A stretch of 63,760 bases of DNA, the filler included. It is 8 parts of 8 records of this genome, joined end to end, with 100 filler letters (N's around TTAATTAATTAA, not from the genome) between each part and the next. Parts side by side here need not be neighbours in the genome. Positions count along the whole stretch, not along the records: positions 37,249 to 42,852 come from SRR31156797_43324; positions 42,953 to 51,878 come from SRR31156797_43328; 6 more parts are not named here. One strand, given 5' to 3'. The stretch's first letter is position 1, and the number at the start of each line of letters is the position of its first letter. Under the pieces are notes generated by a model. It was not told the DNA's origin. It saw only the letters and a list, made by a program, of their open reading frames with translations, and ran no database searches. Below, one piece after another: positions 40,558 to 49,911 of the stretch. The position numbers and the translations under genes were made by a program.

Positions 40558-42342
40558 TCAGGCTCCGGCTTCGGCGAGAAGGCAGACCTGCTTGACCGCT
40601 TCGAGACAGCCGGGCAGTTTGGCCGGCGCGTGGCGCCGTTTCGTCGCGGCCGCGACCAGGCCGACGAACATGGGGCTGGGCCGCAGCGGGCGGCTCGTCA
40701 GGCACGGGTGGGCCTGGGTCCCCATGAAGAACGGATGCTCGGGCAGCTCCAGAATCTGCATGATCGGCTGGTCCGGGGCCTTGCCTGAGAAGATCAGGCC
40801 GTTTTCTTCCAGCGTCTCGATATACTCCGGATCCACCTCATAACGGTGGCGGAAACGCATGCGGACGCTGCCCTTCTGGCCGAACAGCTTCCAGGCGAGC
40901 GTCTCCGGCTTGATCTCCACATCCCGACCGCCCAGACGCATGTTGCCGCCCAGGCCCTCGATTTTCTTCTGCTCGGGCAGAATGTCGATCACCCGCACCG
41001 CACACTTCGGATCGAATTCCTGGCTGCCGGCCCCCTTGAGGCCGCACACGTTGCGGGCGAACTCGATCACCGCCATCTGGAACCCGAGACACAGGCCCAG
41101 ATAAGGCAGATCGTTCTCGCGGGCATACTGCACGCAGGCAATCTTGCCCTCCGCACCTCGGCTGCCGAACCCGCCCGGGACGATGATGCCGTCCACTTCG
41201 GCCAGGTGCTCGGCGGCGTTGGCGTCGGTGACGTTCGTCGTATCGATCCACTTGATGCCGACGTTACTGCCCAGCGCGATGCCGGCGTGCTCCAACGCAT
41301 TGATAATCGAAGCGTAGCTGTCCCGCACGGAGGTGTACTTGCCCGTGATGCCGATCGTGGCTTCATGCTTGGCGGTCCCGATCTTGTCGGTGAAGTCGCA
41401 CCACTTGGCCCACGCCTTCCGCTCGTGCCGCAGGTTGATGCGGTCTTCGATCTTGAGCAGCCGGAGCACTTCGAAATCCATATTGTATTCGCGGAGCATC
41501 GAGGGGATCATGTAAATACTGGCCGAATCGTGCAGGCTGATGACCCGTTCGACCGGGACGTTGCTGTAGATACTGATCTTCTGCCGGGCCTTCTCGTTGA
41601 CCGGATTGCTCGCCCGGCACGCGATAATGTCCGGCTGAATCCCCAACTGCATCACCTGCTTGATCCCGAGCTGGGCGGCTTTGGATTTCTGTTCGCCCAG
41701 GGCAGGCGGCTCGAGAATATACGTCAGCGCCACGAAGCAACTGCTGTGCGGGCCTTCCTCGTACGCCAGCTCGCGCATCGCTTCGAGGAAGTACGCGTTT
41801 TCCAGGTCGCCGACGGTACCGCCGACCTCCACGAAGACCACGTCCGCCTTGCTCTCGATGGCGAGCTGCCGCAGCTTGAGCTTCACCTCGCCGGTGACGT
41901 GCGGGATCATCTGGACGTCGCGGCCGAGGTAGTCGCCGTGCCGTTCCTTGTTCAGGACCGAACTGAAGATCTGTCCGCTGGTGGCGAAGTTGGCCCCGGT
42001 CAGGTCGAGGTCCAGCATGCGCTCGTACGTGCCCAGGTCCATGTCGCATTCCATGCCGTCGTCGAGCACGAAGACCTCCCCGTGCCGAAACGGATTCAGC
42101 GTGCCCGAGTCGATGTTGAGATAGCCTTCCAGCTTGATCGGCGCGACTTTCAGCCCTTTGTCCTGGAGCAGCTTGGCCAGGCACGACGAGAAGATGCCTT
42201 TGCCCAGCCCGCTCATGACGGTGCCCATCACGAAGACGTATTTGGTCTTGCCCTTCTTGTAGCCCTTGGGAATGGGCGAGAAGAATTCGCTCTCGGTCGA
42301 TGTGTCGCTCAGTTTGGTCAACATCTCTTTGCTATCAGCCAT
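40558..42342 (-). CDS. pyrG: CTP synthase
   Basis: GTVMSGLGKG, NPFRHGEVFV, VPGGFG.RG, GLCLG.Q, RHRYE, QAHP. Confidence 0.97.
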   Translation of the reverse strand: MADSKEMLTKLSDTSTESEFFSPIPKGYKKGKTKYVFVMGTVMSGLGKGIFSSCLAKLLQDKGLKVAPIKLEGYLNIDSGTLNPFRHGEVFVLDDGMECDMDLGTYERMLDLDLTGANFATSGQIFSSVLNKERHGDYLGRDVQMIPHVTGEVKLKLRQLAIESKADVVFVEVGGTVGDLENAYFLEAMRELAYEEGPHSSCFVALTYILEPPALGEQKSKAAQLGIKQVMQLGIQPDIIACRASNPVNEKARQKISIYSNVPVERVISLHDSASIYMIPSMLREYNMDFEVLRLLKIEDRINLRHERKAWAKWCDFTDKIGTAKHEATIGITGKYTSVRDSYASIINALEHAGIALGSNVGIKWIDTTNVTDANAAEHLAEVDGIIVPGGFGSRGAEGKIACVQYARENDLPYLGLCLGFQMAVIEFARNVCGLKGAGSQEFDPKCAVRVIDILPEQKKIEGLGGNMRLGGRDVEIKPETLAWKLFGQKGSVRMRFRHRYEVDPEYIETLEENGLIFSGKAPDQPIMQILELPEHPFFMGTQAHPCLTSRPLRPSPMFVGLVAAATKRRHAPAKLPGCLEAVKQVCLLAEAGA

Positions 42343-42382
42343 CTAAATCTTCACCTCTTGATGCTGGGGCTACCCTGGTTGC

Positions 42383-42852
42383 TCAATCGGTCACAGTTTC
42401 CTTACTGTATCGTTTCACGAAGGCGGCGTATTGTTCGGGGGTGTCGATGCCTTCGCTGGTGTCGTCCACGATGCCGACGCCGATGGCGTAGCCGTTCTCG
42501 ACGGCCCGGAGCTGCTCGAGTTTTTCGAGTTTCTCTAGGGGCGTCTGGGGCAACGTCGTCAGCGTCAGCAGGAAATCCTTGCGGTAGGCGTAGATGCCGA
42601 TATGCCGCAGGTATTGCTGGGCCGGCCCGATGCCCACATTGGCGCGGTCGTAGGGGATCGGGCAGCGCGAAAAGTAGATCGCGCGACCCGTTTCGTGATG
42701 CGTAGTGCGTGATGCGCCTTGCGTAGGGGCAGCCCCCTGTGGCTGCCCTTCCTGTGACGGGCAGGCACAGGGGCCTGCCCCTACACGTTGTTCGCGCGAC
42801 GCACGACGCACGACGCACGACGACACAATCACCTTGACGATGTTGGGATCGG
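42383..42852 (-). CDS. kdsB: 3-deoxy-manno-octulosonate cytidylyltransferase, C-terminal part (5'-truncated), with an in-frame insertion
   Basis: DPNIVKV...GRAIYFSR.PIP, HIGIYAYR, LE..EKLEQLRA.ENG, GIDTPE; adjacent to pyrG. Confidence 0.93.
42694..42822. repeat. GTAG-family REP doublet (42723-42784) flanked by inverted heptamer tandem repeats, inside kdsB
   Basis: GTAGGGGCAGCCCCCTGTGGCTGCCC ... GGGCAGGCACAGGGGCCTGCCCCTAC; left flank CGTGATG-CGTAGTG-CGTGATG, right flank (GCACGAC)n. Confidence 0.85.
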
Positions 42853-42952
42853 NNNNNNNNNNNNNNNNNNNNNNNNNNNNNNNNNNNNNNNNNNNNTTAA
42901 TTAATTAANNNNNNNNNNNNNNNNNNNNNNNNNNNNNNNNNNNNNNNNNNNN
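42853..42952. other. Artificial contig linker
   Basis: N-run/TTAATTAATTAA/N-run. Confidence 0.99.
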
Positions 42953-43176
42953 CCCATTTCGAGCGCGGGGTGGCGCTTGCCGGCACCCGGAATCTCATGG
43001 CACGGGTACTCTATGCCGACAAATACGCCCGGCCCATGTTTGACCGGGATCTCCACGACAGGCTGTTGACCGAGGTCATGTCATTACCGGCCGCAACCGA
43101 AGGATACACCTTGATAAACACCCTTGCCAAGGAGCAGGCCCAGGCACTGCTCGAGAGTGGTGACGACTACTTTTAA
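42953..43176 (+). CDS. TatT (T component of a TPAT/TRAP system), C-terminal fragment
   Basis: HFERGVAL...NLM..V.YA..YAR...DR.LHD.LL.EV...N.LAK..A..LL....DYF, directly upstream of dctP. Confidence 0.75.
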
Positions 43177-43198
43177 CTACAATTGAGAAGGATCAACC

Positions 43199-44197
43199 AT
43201 GCTATTGAGAATTAGCCGTCTTGTCCTCTTTGTGCTCCTGGTTCTTTTTACTGACAGTGTCCATGCCAGGGTTTTCAAGATCGCGACCCTTGCGCCGTCA
43301 GGGTCGTTTGAGATGACCCAGATGGCGGCCGCGGCAGAAGAGATCACGGCCGCCACTGAAGGCAGGGTGCGTTTCAAGTTCTTTCCGGGCGGGGTCATGG
43401 GAAACGACCAGGGCGTTTTAAGGAAGATCCGCATCAACCAGCTCCAGGGCGGGGCCGTATCACTGGGAAGCCTGTCCCGCTATTACCCGGACAGCCAGGT
43501 TTACTGCCTTCCTTTTGTCTTCAATTCCTTTGAGGAGGTCGACTATGTAAGGAAAAGAATGGACCCGATCCTCATGAAGGGGTATGAAAAAGCGGGATTC
43601 ATTGTTTTTGGTCTTGCCGAAGGGGGATTCGCCCGGATCATGTCCAGCAATCCCGTGGCGACGGTGTCCGATCTCCAGAAACAGAAGGTGTGGATCCCCG
43701 AAAAAGATGCCGCTGCCCTGGAGGCGGTGAGAGCCTTCGAAGTCAGCCCCATCACCCTTTCCCTGGCCGATGTGAGGACCGGGCTCCAGACGGGGTTGCT
43801 CAATACGGTGACGATTCCCCCGGCCTATGCCATCCTCCTGCACTGGCACACCCAGATCCGCTACATCACCCAGATCCCCCTGATTTATACCAACGGCCTT
43901 ATGGCCATTGCCAAGGGACCGTTTTACAAGCTGTCGCCCGGTGACAGGGCCGTGGTCCGGTCCAGGATGGGCGAGGCCTTTAAGCGAATCGACAAACACA
44001 ACCGCCGCCAGAACGTCGAGGCCATGGAGGTGCTTAAAGAGATGGGGATCAAGTTCGTTGTTCCCGATGCCAATGCCTCCCGGACCTGGGTGAAGCGATC
44101 CAAACGGGTTCCGGAACAGCTGGCTGCCAAGGGGGTTTTATCGAAAGAGATCCTCGATACCATTAACATGCATCTTTCCGCGATCAGGGCAAAGTAG
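43199..44197 (+). CDS. dctP: TRAP transporter substrate-binding protein
   Basis: KIATLAP.GS, T.GRV.FK..PGGVMG....LRKIR..QL.G, LQTGL. Confidence 0.88.
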   Translation: MLLRISRLVLFVLLVLFTDSVHARVFKIATLAPSGSFEMTQMAAAAEEITAATEGRVRFKFFPGGVMGNDQGVLRKIRINQLQGGAVSLGSLSRYYPDSQVYCLPFVFNSFEEVDYVRKRMDPILMKGYEKAGFIVFGLAEGGFARIMSSNPVATVSDLQKQKVWIPEKDAAALEAVRAFEVSPITLSLADVRTGLQTGLLNTVTIPPAYAILLHWHTQIRYITQIPLIYTNGLMAIAKGPFYKLSPGDRAVVRSRMGEAFKRIDKHNRRQNVEAMEVLKEMGIKFVVPDANASRTWVKRSKRVPEQLAAKGVLSKEILDTINMHLSAIRAK

Positions 44198-44198
44198 A

Positions 44199-44687
44199 AT
44201 GACGGCTTTTTCCGTTAGAAAATGGCTCTACCGGGTGGAGGATTTCATTCTCATCCTTCTTGTGCTGACCATGATCGTCATGGCCGTTCTCCAGATCGTC
44301 CTGAGAAACACCATGGGCTCGGGGATTGTCTGGGGCGACACCCTGGTGCGAATCCTGGTGCTCTGGACCGGGCTTGTGGGCGCCATGGCCGCCACCCGGC
44401 AGAACAATCACATCAACATCAATATCGTGACCCGCTATCTCTCAAGCAGAACCGCTTTGCTTGTGAACACCCTGACCCTTGTTTTTACGGCCTTTATCTG
44501 TCTGTTGACCGCCTGGTACAGCCTGGCTTTTGTGCGGATGGAGTTTGAGTTCAGCACGCCTGCCTTTGCCGGTGTCCCGGGCTGGCTCTGCCAGTCCATC
44601 ATTCCCGTCGCGTTCCTGGTGATCGGCCTGCGATGCCTGGATAATGCCATAACCTCCTTTCAACGCTACCACAAGCCGAAACCGTGA
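44199..44687 (+). CDS. dctQ: TRAP transporter small permease
   Basis: Four TMs; QIVLRN, W.D..VR..VLW.G..GA..A.R...HI.I. Confidence 0.88.
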   Translation: MTAFSVRKWLYRVEDFILILLVLTMIVMAVLQIVLRNTMGSGIVWGDTLVRILVLWTGLVGAMAATRQNNHININIVTRYLSSRTALLVNTLTLVFTAFICLLTAWYSLAFVRMEFEFSTPAFAGVPGWLCQSIIPVAFLVIGLRCLDNAITSFQRYHKPKP

Positions 44688-45964
44688 CTCTTTTTATCTT
44701 TGTCTCCATAGCCGTCATTTTCGCCCTTCTGGGAACGCCTTTGTTCGCCGTGATCCTGGCCATCGCCTGTGCCGGGTTTTACTTTTCCGGCATCGATTTG
44801 TCGGCCATTGCCATCGAACTCTACAGGCTCACCGACACCCCGGTCATGTCGGCCCTGCCTTTGTTCACCGTTGCCGGTTACCTCCTGGGTGAGAGCAACA
44901 CCTCCACCCGTCTTGTCCGGTTGTCCAGGGCCTTCCTGGGATGGATGCCCGGGGGGCTTGCCGTGGTCAGCTTTGTCACCTGCGCCCTGTTCACCGCCTT
45001 TACCGGGGCTTCCGGCGTTACCATCGTTGCCGTGGGCGCATTGCTGCTTCCGGCCCTGACCCGGGCCGGTTACGGTGATAAGTTCAGCCTGGGGCTTGTC
45101 ACCACCTCGGGCAGCCTCGGGCTGCTGCTTCCTCCCTCCCTGCCGCTGATTCTCTACGGCATCGTTGCCCAGCAGATGGGCAGCGGTTCGACCATCGAGA
45201 TCGAAGAGCTCTTTATCGCAGGCATACTTCCCGCCGTCACCATGATCGTGCTTTTGTCCCTGTGGAGTGTCACCGCCAGCAGGGGCCGGCCCATTCCCCT
45301 GCAAGGGTTTTCCTGGGCCGAGGCTGGGGCGGCCATAAAGGACGCCGCCTGGGAGATTCCCCTGCCGGTCTTTCTTATCGCCGGCATCTACGGCGGGATT
45401 TTTGCCGTTTCAGAGGCCGCCGCCGTGGTCGCCCTCTATGTCCTGGTGGTCGAGGTCTTTGTCTATAAAGAAATCCCGATTGCAAGGCTGCCCGTGATTT
45501 TAAGGGAGGCCATGGTCATGGTGGGGGGAATCCTCCTGATCCTTGGCGTCAGCCTCGCCTTTACCAATTTCCTGGTGGATGCGGAGGTCCCGGCAAGGCT
45601 TTTCACCCTGATCCAGGGCCATATTTCCGGCAAGTTCACCTTCTTGATTCTCCTGAATCTCATCCTGCTTTGCCTGGGGGCCATCCTGGATATTTTTTCC
45701 GCCATCGTCATCATGGTGCCCCTGCTGCTTCCCGTTGCCGAAAGCTACGGCATCAATCCCATCCATCTTGGGATCATCTTTCTTGCCAATATGCAGATCG
45801 GCTACTTTACCCCGCCCGTGGGCATGAATCTTTTCATCGCCTCCTACCGGTTCAAGAAACCGGTGACCGAGATCTACAGTTCGGCCCTGCCGTTCATGTT
45901 CGTGATGCTCCTGGCCCTTGTCATCATCACCTATGTGCCGTGGCTCAGCCTCATTCTCCTGTGA
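44684..45964 (+). CDS. dctM: TRAP transporter large permease
   Basis: ALPLFT.AG, TGASG, GSLG.L.PPS, G..TPPVG.NLF. Confidence 0.93.
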   Translation: MTLFIFVSIAVIFALLGTPLFAVILAIACAGFYFSGIDLSAIAIELYRLTDTPVMSALPLFTVAGYLLGESNTSTRLVRLSRAFLGWMPGGLAVVSFVTCALFTAFTGASGVTIVAVGALLLPALTRAGYGDKFSLGLVTTSGSLGLLLPPSLPLILYGIVAQQMGSGSTIEIEELFIAGILPAVTMIVLLSLWSVTASRGRPIPLQGFSWAEAGAAIKDAAWEIPLPVFLIAGIYGGIFAVSEAAAVVALYVLVVEVFVYKEIPIARLPVILREAMVMVGGILLILGVSLAFTNFLVDAEVPARLFTLIQGHISGKFTFLILLNLILLCLGAILDIFSAIVIMVPLLLPVAESYGINPIHLGIIFLANMQIGYFTPPVGMNLFIASYRFKKPVTEIYSSALPFMFVMLLALVIITYVPWLSLILL

Positions 45965-46205
45965 TTTATTACTTGCTTTATTAAAATGATGTTGGTAAGG
46001 GTGAATTATATCGCAGGGGAATGATCTCCCTGATATGTGACGAAATCCTTTAACATTTTATCGCCCGACAATTAGATGCTCACTTGGTATCTCTTGTGGA
46101 GTCAGCTGTCTATGCTTTTGTTCAAGCTTGTTTCCGGTTTGCCGGCGGCAGTAATCGATACTGCCCGGCAATTACAAACAACCCCTTTCTTAAAAGGAGA
46201 AAAGG

Positions 46206-47624
46206 ATGATGAAAAAAAGCTTGGTCTGGTTATTGTGTATCGCATTGTTGAGCTTCCCCATTGGTGCCGCGGCAAAAATGGGATCCGGCAAGGTCGTCGC
46301 AAAAAGCAACGATATCGACATCTCCATGTTCGGCTCCTTGAAGGCGTTTCCCTTTTTTGTTGAAAACGCCGATTTTAACAGCGATGATACGGGATTTGAT
46401 CGTCTTCTGGACGAGTCCGGCTGGTTTGAAAATCACAGCGTACGATCCGAGATCCGGGTCGGCTGGACCGCAAAAGCGGAAAACTGGGATTTCCTGGTGA
46501 TCCTCGAGTCTGATTTCGTCATGAACAAGGCAAACGCGGACAGGGGGGCCGATGGCACCACTATCGATGACTGCGGCATGACGGGTGAGGACTTTGGTGT
46601 TGAAAAGCTCAATTTCGGCTACAATTTTGGAGCGTTCAGGGTGGATACCGGGTGGAATACCAAGTTCCTGGATCTGAAAACCGGTGGTATCCTTTACGGC
46701 GATGACCATCCCTACATCGCTCTCAGCGGTAAGGTAAATGATTCCATGGGCTGGGACTTCATGTATCTCATGATTCAGGATGAGATCGAAAACAAGAACG
46801 GCATTCTGGATGGGGACAGTTTGGACTGGCGTGCCTATACGTTTCGATTCCATTTTGATTTGAAAGATTTCACCCTGGCGCCCATCTACGCTTATAGCGA
46901 TAATGAGGACCATGACGCGCAAACCCATTATATCGGGGTTGAAGGGTATGGAAAGATCGGTGCCCTTGTCCCCCGGTTTGAGTTGATTTACGCCACCGGC
47001 GACCTGGGCGAAGGTTCTTCCGAAGCCGATATTTCGGCATTCGGGGCATATGCCTCCCTGGAGCTGGAGGTGTGTAAAGGGTTCAAACCCTATGTGGGCG
47101 GTTATTTTATGACCGGTGATGATGACGCCAATGACGAAGATGTGGACGCCTTTAACGGCATTACCAATATCTCCCGGTATACCCCGACCTTTGGGATGGA
47201 GAATGCCATGATCTATCGATACATCCCAGCCATTGGCTCCCATCTCTACAGCAATAATTTTGCCACCCTGGGAAATACTGCGGGGTACGGTGGAATTTCG
47301 AATTCCTCCAAGGCAGACTCCCCTGGCATGATGATGCTGGGGCTTGGTGCAAAAGGAACCATGGGGGCCTGGGGATATCAGGCCCAGGTCATGTATTTCC
47401 TTTTTGAGGAAGAGGGGGCCCTTGAAGATATTTACGGAACCAGCATAGACAGTGAGGTGGGTACGGAACTTGACCTTCGTGTCACCTATGCTTTCAACAA
47501 GCACTTCTCCCTGGGAAACGTCATCTCCGTCTTTATCCCGGGCGATGCTGTTGAAGATCTCCGGGGCAGTGATTACGATGATACGGCATTTCTCAATACG
47601 GTTGAAATGACCTGGAAATTTTAA
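46206..47624 (+). CDS. Outer membrane beta-barrel porin-like protein
   Basis: Signal peptide, acidic loops with alternating aromatic strands, C-terminal ...MTWKF; AGGAG RBS. Confidence 0.72.
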   Translation: MMKKSLVWLLCIALLSFPIGAAAKMGSGKVVAKSNDIDISMFGSLKAFPFFVENADFNSDDTGFDRLLDESGWFENHSVRSEIRVGWTAKAENWDFLVILESDFVMNKANADRGADGTTIDDCGMTGEDFGVEKLNFGYNFGAFRVDTGWNTKFLDLKTGGILYGDDHPYIALSGKVNDSMGWDFMYLMIQDEIENKNGILDGDSLDWRAYTFRFHFDLKDFTLAPIYAYSDNEDHDAQTHYIGVEGYGKIGALVPRFELIYATGDLGEGSSEADISAFGAYASLELEVCKGFKPYVGGYFMTGDDDANDEDVDAFNGITNISRYTPTFGMENAMIYRYIPAIGSHLYSNNFATLGNTAGYGGISNSSKADSPGMMMLGLGAKGTMGAWGYQAQVMYFLFEEEGALEDIYGTSIDSEVGTELDLRVTYAFNKHFSLGNVISVFIPGDAVEDLRGSDYDDTAFLNTVEMTWKF

Positions 47625-47650
47625 GTTTATTCCTGAATGATTTTCTTTCA

Positions 47651-47695
47651 CCTGCCCGGCTCGTCAGCCTGAACGTGACCGGGCAGGATTTTTTT
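47651..47695 (+). terminator. Rho-independent terminator
   Basis: CCTGCCCGG...CCGGGCAGG stem followed by ATTTTTTT. Confidence 0.7.
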
Positions 47696-47711
47696 CCTGG
47701 CAGGCTAACCC

Positions 47712-49511
47712 ATGGGAGGATCGATGGATATCAATAAAAAATCGTTTGCATGGTTCACTGTTTTAATTTTGCTGTTCCTGTTCTATCCAAATGCGGTTTT
47801 GGCCGATGCCATGGAGTGGGGGGACGCCCTGTCGTTTCTACGGGAAAAATTTCCCAGCGCCCATGTGCATGTGGGCGATGTGGTTGAGACCAACGGGAAC
47901 CGTGTGGTGTTTCATCTGAAAACCGGAACGGCCGGGGTTCCCTCAAGGGGGAGTGAGTTGATGGTCACCGGCCATGAACCGGATATCCCGGTGTATTTGC
48001 AGAAAGAGACAGGCATAATAAAAGTCCTTTCTGTTTTTGAGGATAAGGGGCTTGCCCAACAGGTGAGTTTGTTTAAAGGCAGGGTGGAAAAAGGGGATTG
48101 TGTTGTGATGCCGGCCTCTCCAACGGTCTATCTCCATACCAATATCAAAGACAGGGACTCGTTTCCGCCCTATCAGGAATTGCTCCAGGGGCTCATTGAC
48201 GAGGAGCTGGAGGTGGTTGAGGTCCATGATTCCACCGTTTCCGTCAATAGCGGCACCTATGGGGTGCTGCTGCGGTTGGATGCGGGTAATGGGTCCCTTG
48301 CATTGAAACTTAAGTCCATCTATTCCGGCAACACCATTTATTCCGGTTTCGTTCCTTTTGGAACAAATGCGGCTCTTTTGAAGCGGCCGGGGAGTGCGGC
48401 CAAGGCAGGCCTTTCCAAAAAGCGTCATGACCCTGGGGTGCCCATGGACCGGGAACCTTTCGCCCCGGAACCGCCGACCCGGGGGCCTCAAGAGTATTTA
48501 TCCCTGGAAGATGAGTATAAACGCTTTGTCTTTGCCGATATGGACGCAGATGGCCTGCAAGAGCTGATGTTGCTCAATGACAAAGGCATCTTTGGATTCA
48601 AGGCGGTTGACGGCAACTACAGGGCCTGGGACAGCTTTTTGTTCAACGGTTCTGATCTTTTGGCCATTCACCTCCATCGGGGAGACATGGACCTGGATGG
48701 AAAAGATGAACTTCTTGTGACCCTTGTCGAAGAGACTGAGCATATGGGAAAAAAGGATCATGCTCTCAGATCGTTGATTCTCACATATGCCAATGGTACC
48801 TTTGCTACTCTGGATGATCGCCTGCCCCTTTATCTTCGTACCATTGAGGACAGGGATGGAAAAAAGGTTTTCATTGGTCAGGCAAGCGGAAAGCATGAGC
48901 CTTATGCCGGTCCTATTTATCAAATACGCTACGATAAAATGAAAAAAAAGATTGTTGCGGATCAATTGTACAAGCCCGCAGCCGAGGTTTTTTCACTGTA
49001 TCAGTTTAACCTGGATCCTTTTGATGGGGATCATTTGCTGATATTGGAGCCCGGCAATGACCTATATGGATACCATGCGTCCGAAGAGGCGGTCGGTGTG
49101 ATCTCATCGCGGAACTACGGCGCCTATGAGGAGATATCCTATCCTGTTAAGTTAAGGAAGGAGCATTATTCCCAGGGGGACTTCCAGGGGATTGGATGGA
49201 AAACGGTTTTTGCTCCAAGGCGTTTTGAGTTGAAAAAAAAGCATGACCAACTGGTGTTTTTGATCAATAAAGAGAGATCTTCCAATTTCACAAGCACGGC
49301 GTTCAAGAAGATTCTTGGAAGACCTACCGGAAAGGATCAGATCCTGGGGATCAAGTGGCAAGGACGGAAGCTTGTTGAGACCTGGGTATCCGAGGGGATC
49401 GAAAGAGACATCATCGATTTTTGCTTTGCGGGAGATGCCATCCATGTTCTTGCCAGGAACACCACTGGTGACTGCTATCTCTCGACCATTGATTCCCTTG
49501 ATTCGTTTTAG
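47712..49511 (+). CDS. Secreted FG-GAP/VCBS-repeat protein
   Basis: Signal peptide; FADMDADGLQEL and GDMDLDGKDELLV Ca-binding repeats. Confidence 0.65.
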   Translation: MGGSMDINKKSFAWFTVLILLFLFYPNAVLADAMEWGDALSFLREKFPSAHVHVGDVVETNGNRVVFHLKTGTAGVPSRGSELMVTGHEPDIPVYLQKETGIIKVLSVFEDKGLAQQVSLFKGRVEKGDCVVMPASPTVYLHTNIKDRDSFPPYQELLQGLIDEELEVVEVHDSTVSVNSGTYGVLLRLDAGNGSLALKLKSIYSGNTIYSGFVPFGTNAALLKRPGSAAKAGLSKKRHDPGVPMDREPFAPEPPTRGPQEYLSLEDEYKRFVFADMDADGLQELMLLNDKGIFGFKAVDGNYRAWDSFLFNGSDLLAIHLHRGDMDLDGKDELLVTLVEETEHMGKKDHALRSLILTYANGTFATLDDRLPLYLRTIEDRDGKKVFIGQASGKHEPYAGPIYQIRYDKMKKKIVADQLYKPAAEVFSLYQFNLDPFDGDHLLILEPGNDLYGYHASEEAVGVISSRNYGAYEEISYPVKLRKEHYSQGDFQGIGWKTVFAPRRFELKKKHDQLVFLINKERSSNFTSTAFKKILGRPTGKDQILGIKWQGRKLVETWVSEGIERDIIDFCFAGDAIHVLARNTTGDCYLSTIDSLDSF

Positions 49512-49598
49512 GGGCAGACCTTGCCCGGTTTTGTCTTTCTGTTTTCATTAGAGAGCTGTTGACAATACCCGGCTCCATGCTCTATATGGTTACACGAT

Positions 49599-49793
49599 AA
49601 ACAGGTGCAAACCCATGTGCGTAAGCACGGGTAACGTTAAAAGGAAAGAGGGTGAAGGTCCCTCGCATGCCAGCCGTTGCCGTGATCGGGGACAAACGCC
49701 GCACAATGCCACTTGGGAGCAGCTTACACTTGAGTTCTCCCTGGGAAGGCGCGGCAAGTAGGATGATCCGTAAGCCGGAAAGCCTGCCTGTTT
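49599..49793 (+). ncRNA. Cobalamin (B12) riboswitch
   Basis: P1 AAACAGG/CCTGTTT; AGGTGC start, TAAAAGGAAAGAGGGTGAAGGTCCCTCGC, GCCACTTGGG...CTGGGAAGGC, B12-box AAGCCGGAAAGCCTGCC; TTGACA at 49559. Confidence 0.88.
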
Positions 49794-49911
49794 GTGGGTG
49801 TATTTTGAGGATTCTTGCTGGATGTTATCCCAATCGATTACCGGCCAGGGGTGCGTCTTTTTGCGGAACCGGCACGTCCCCCCGGCTGGCTGACTATATT
49901 GGGAGGTTAGC

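Noticed and set aside
40846-42705. 619-aa plus-strand ORF
   Set aside because: Antisense shadow of pyrG/kdsB in high-GC DNA; no recognisable motifs.
46230-47651. 473-aa minus-strand ORF
   Set aside because: Antisense shadow of the porin gene, which has the RBS, signal peptide, C-terminal Phe and terminator.
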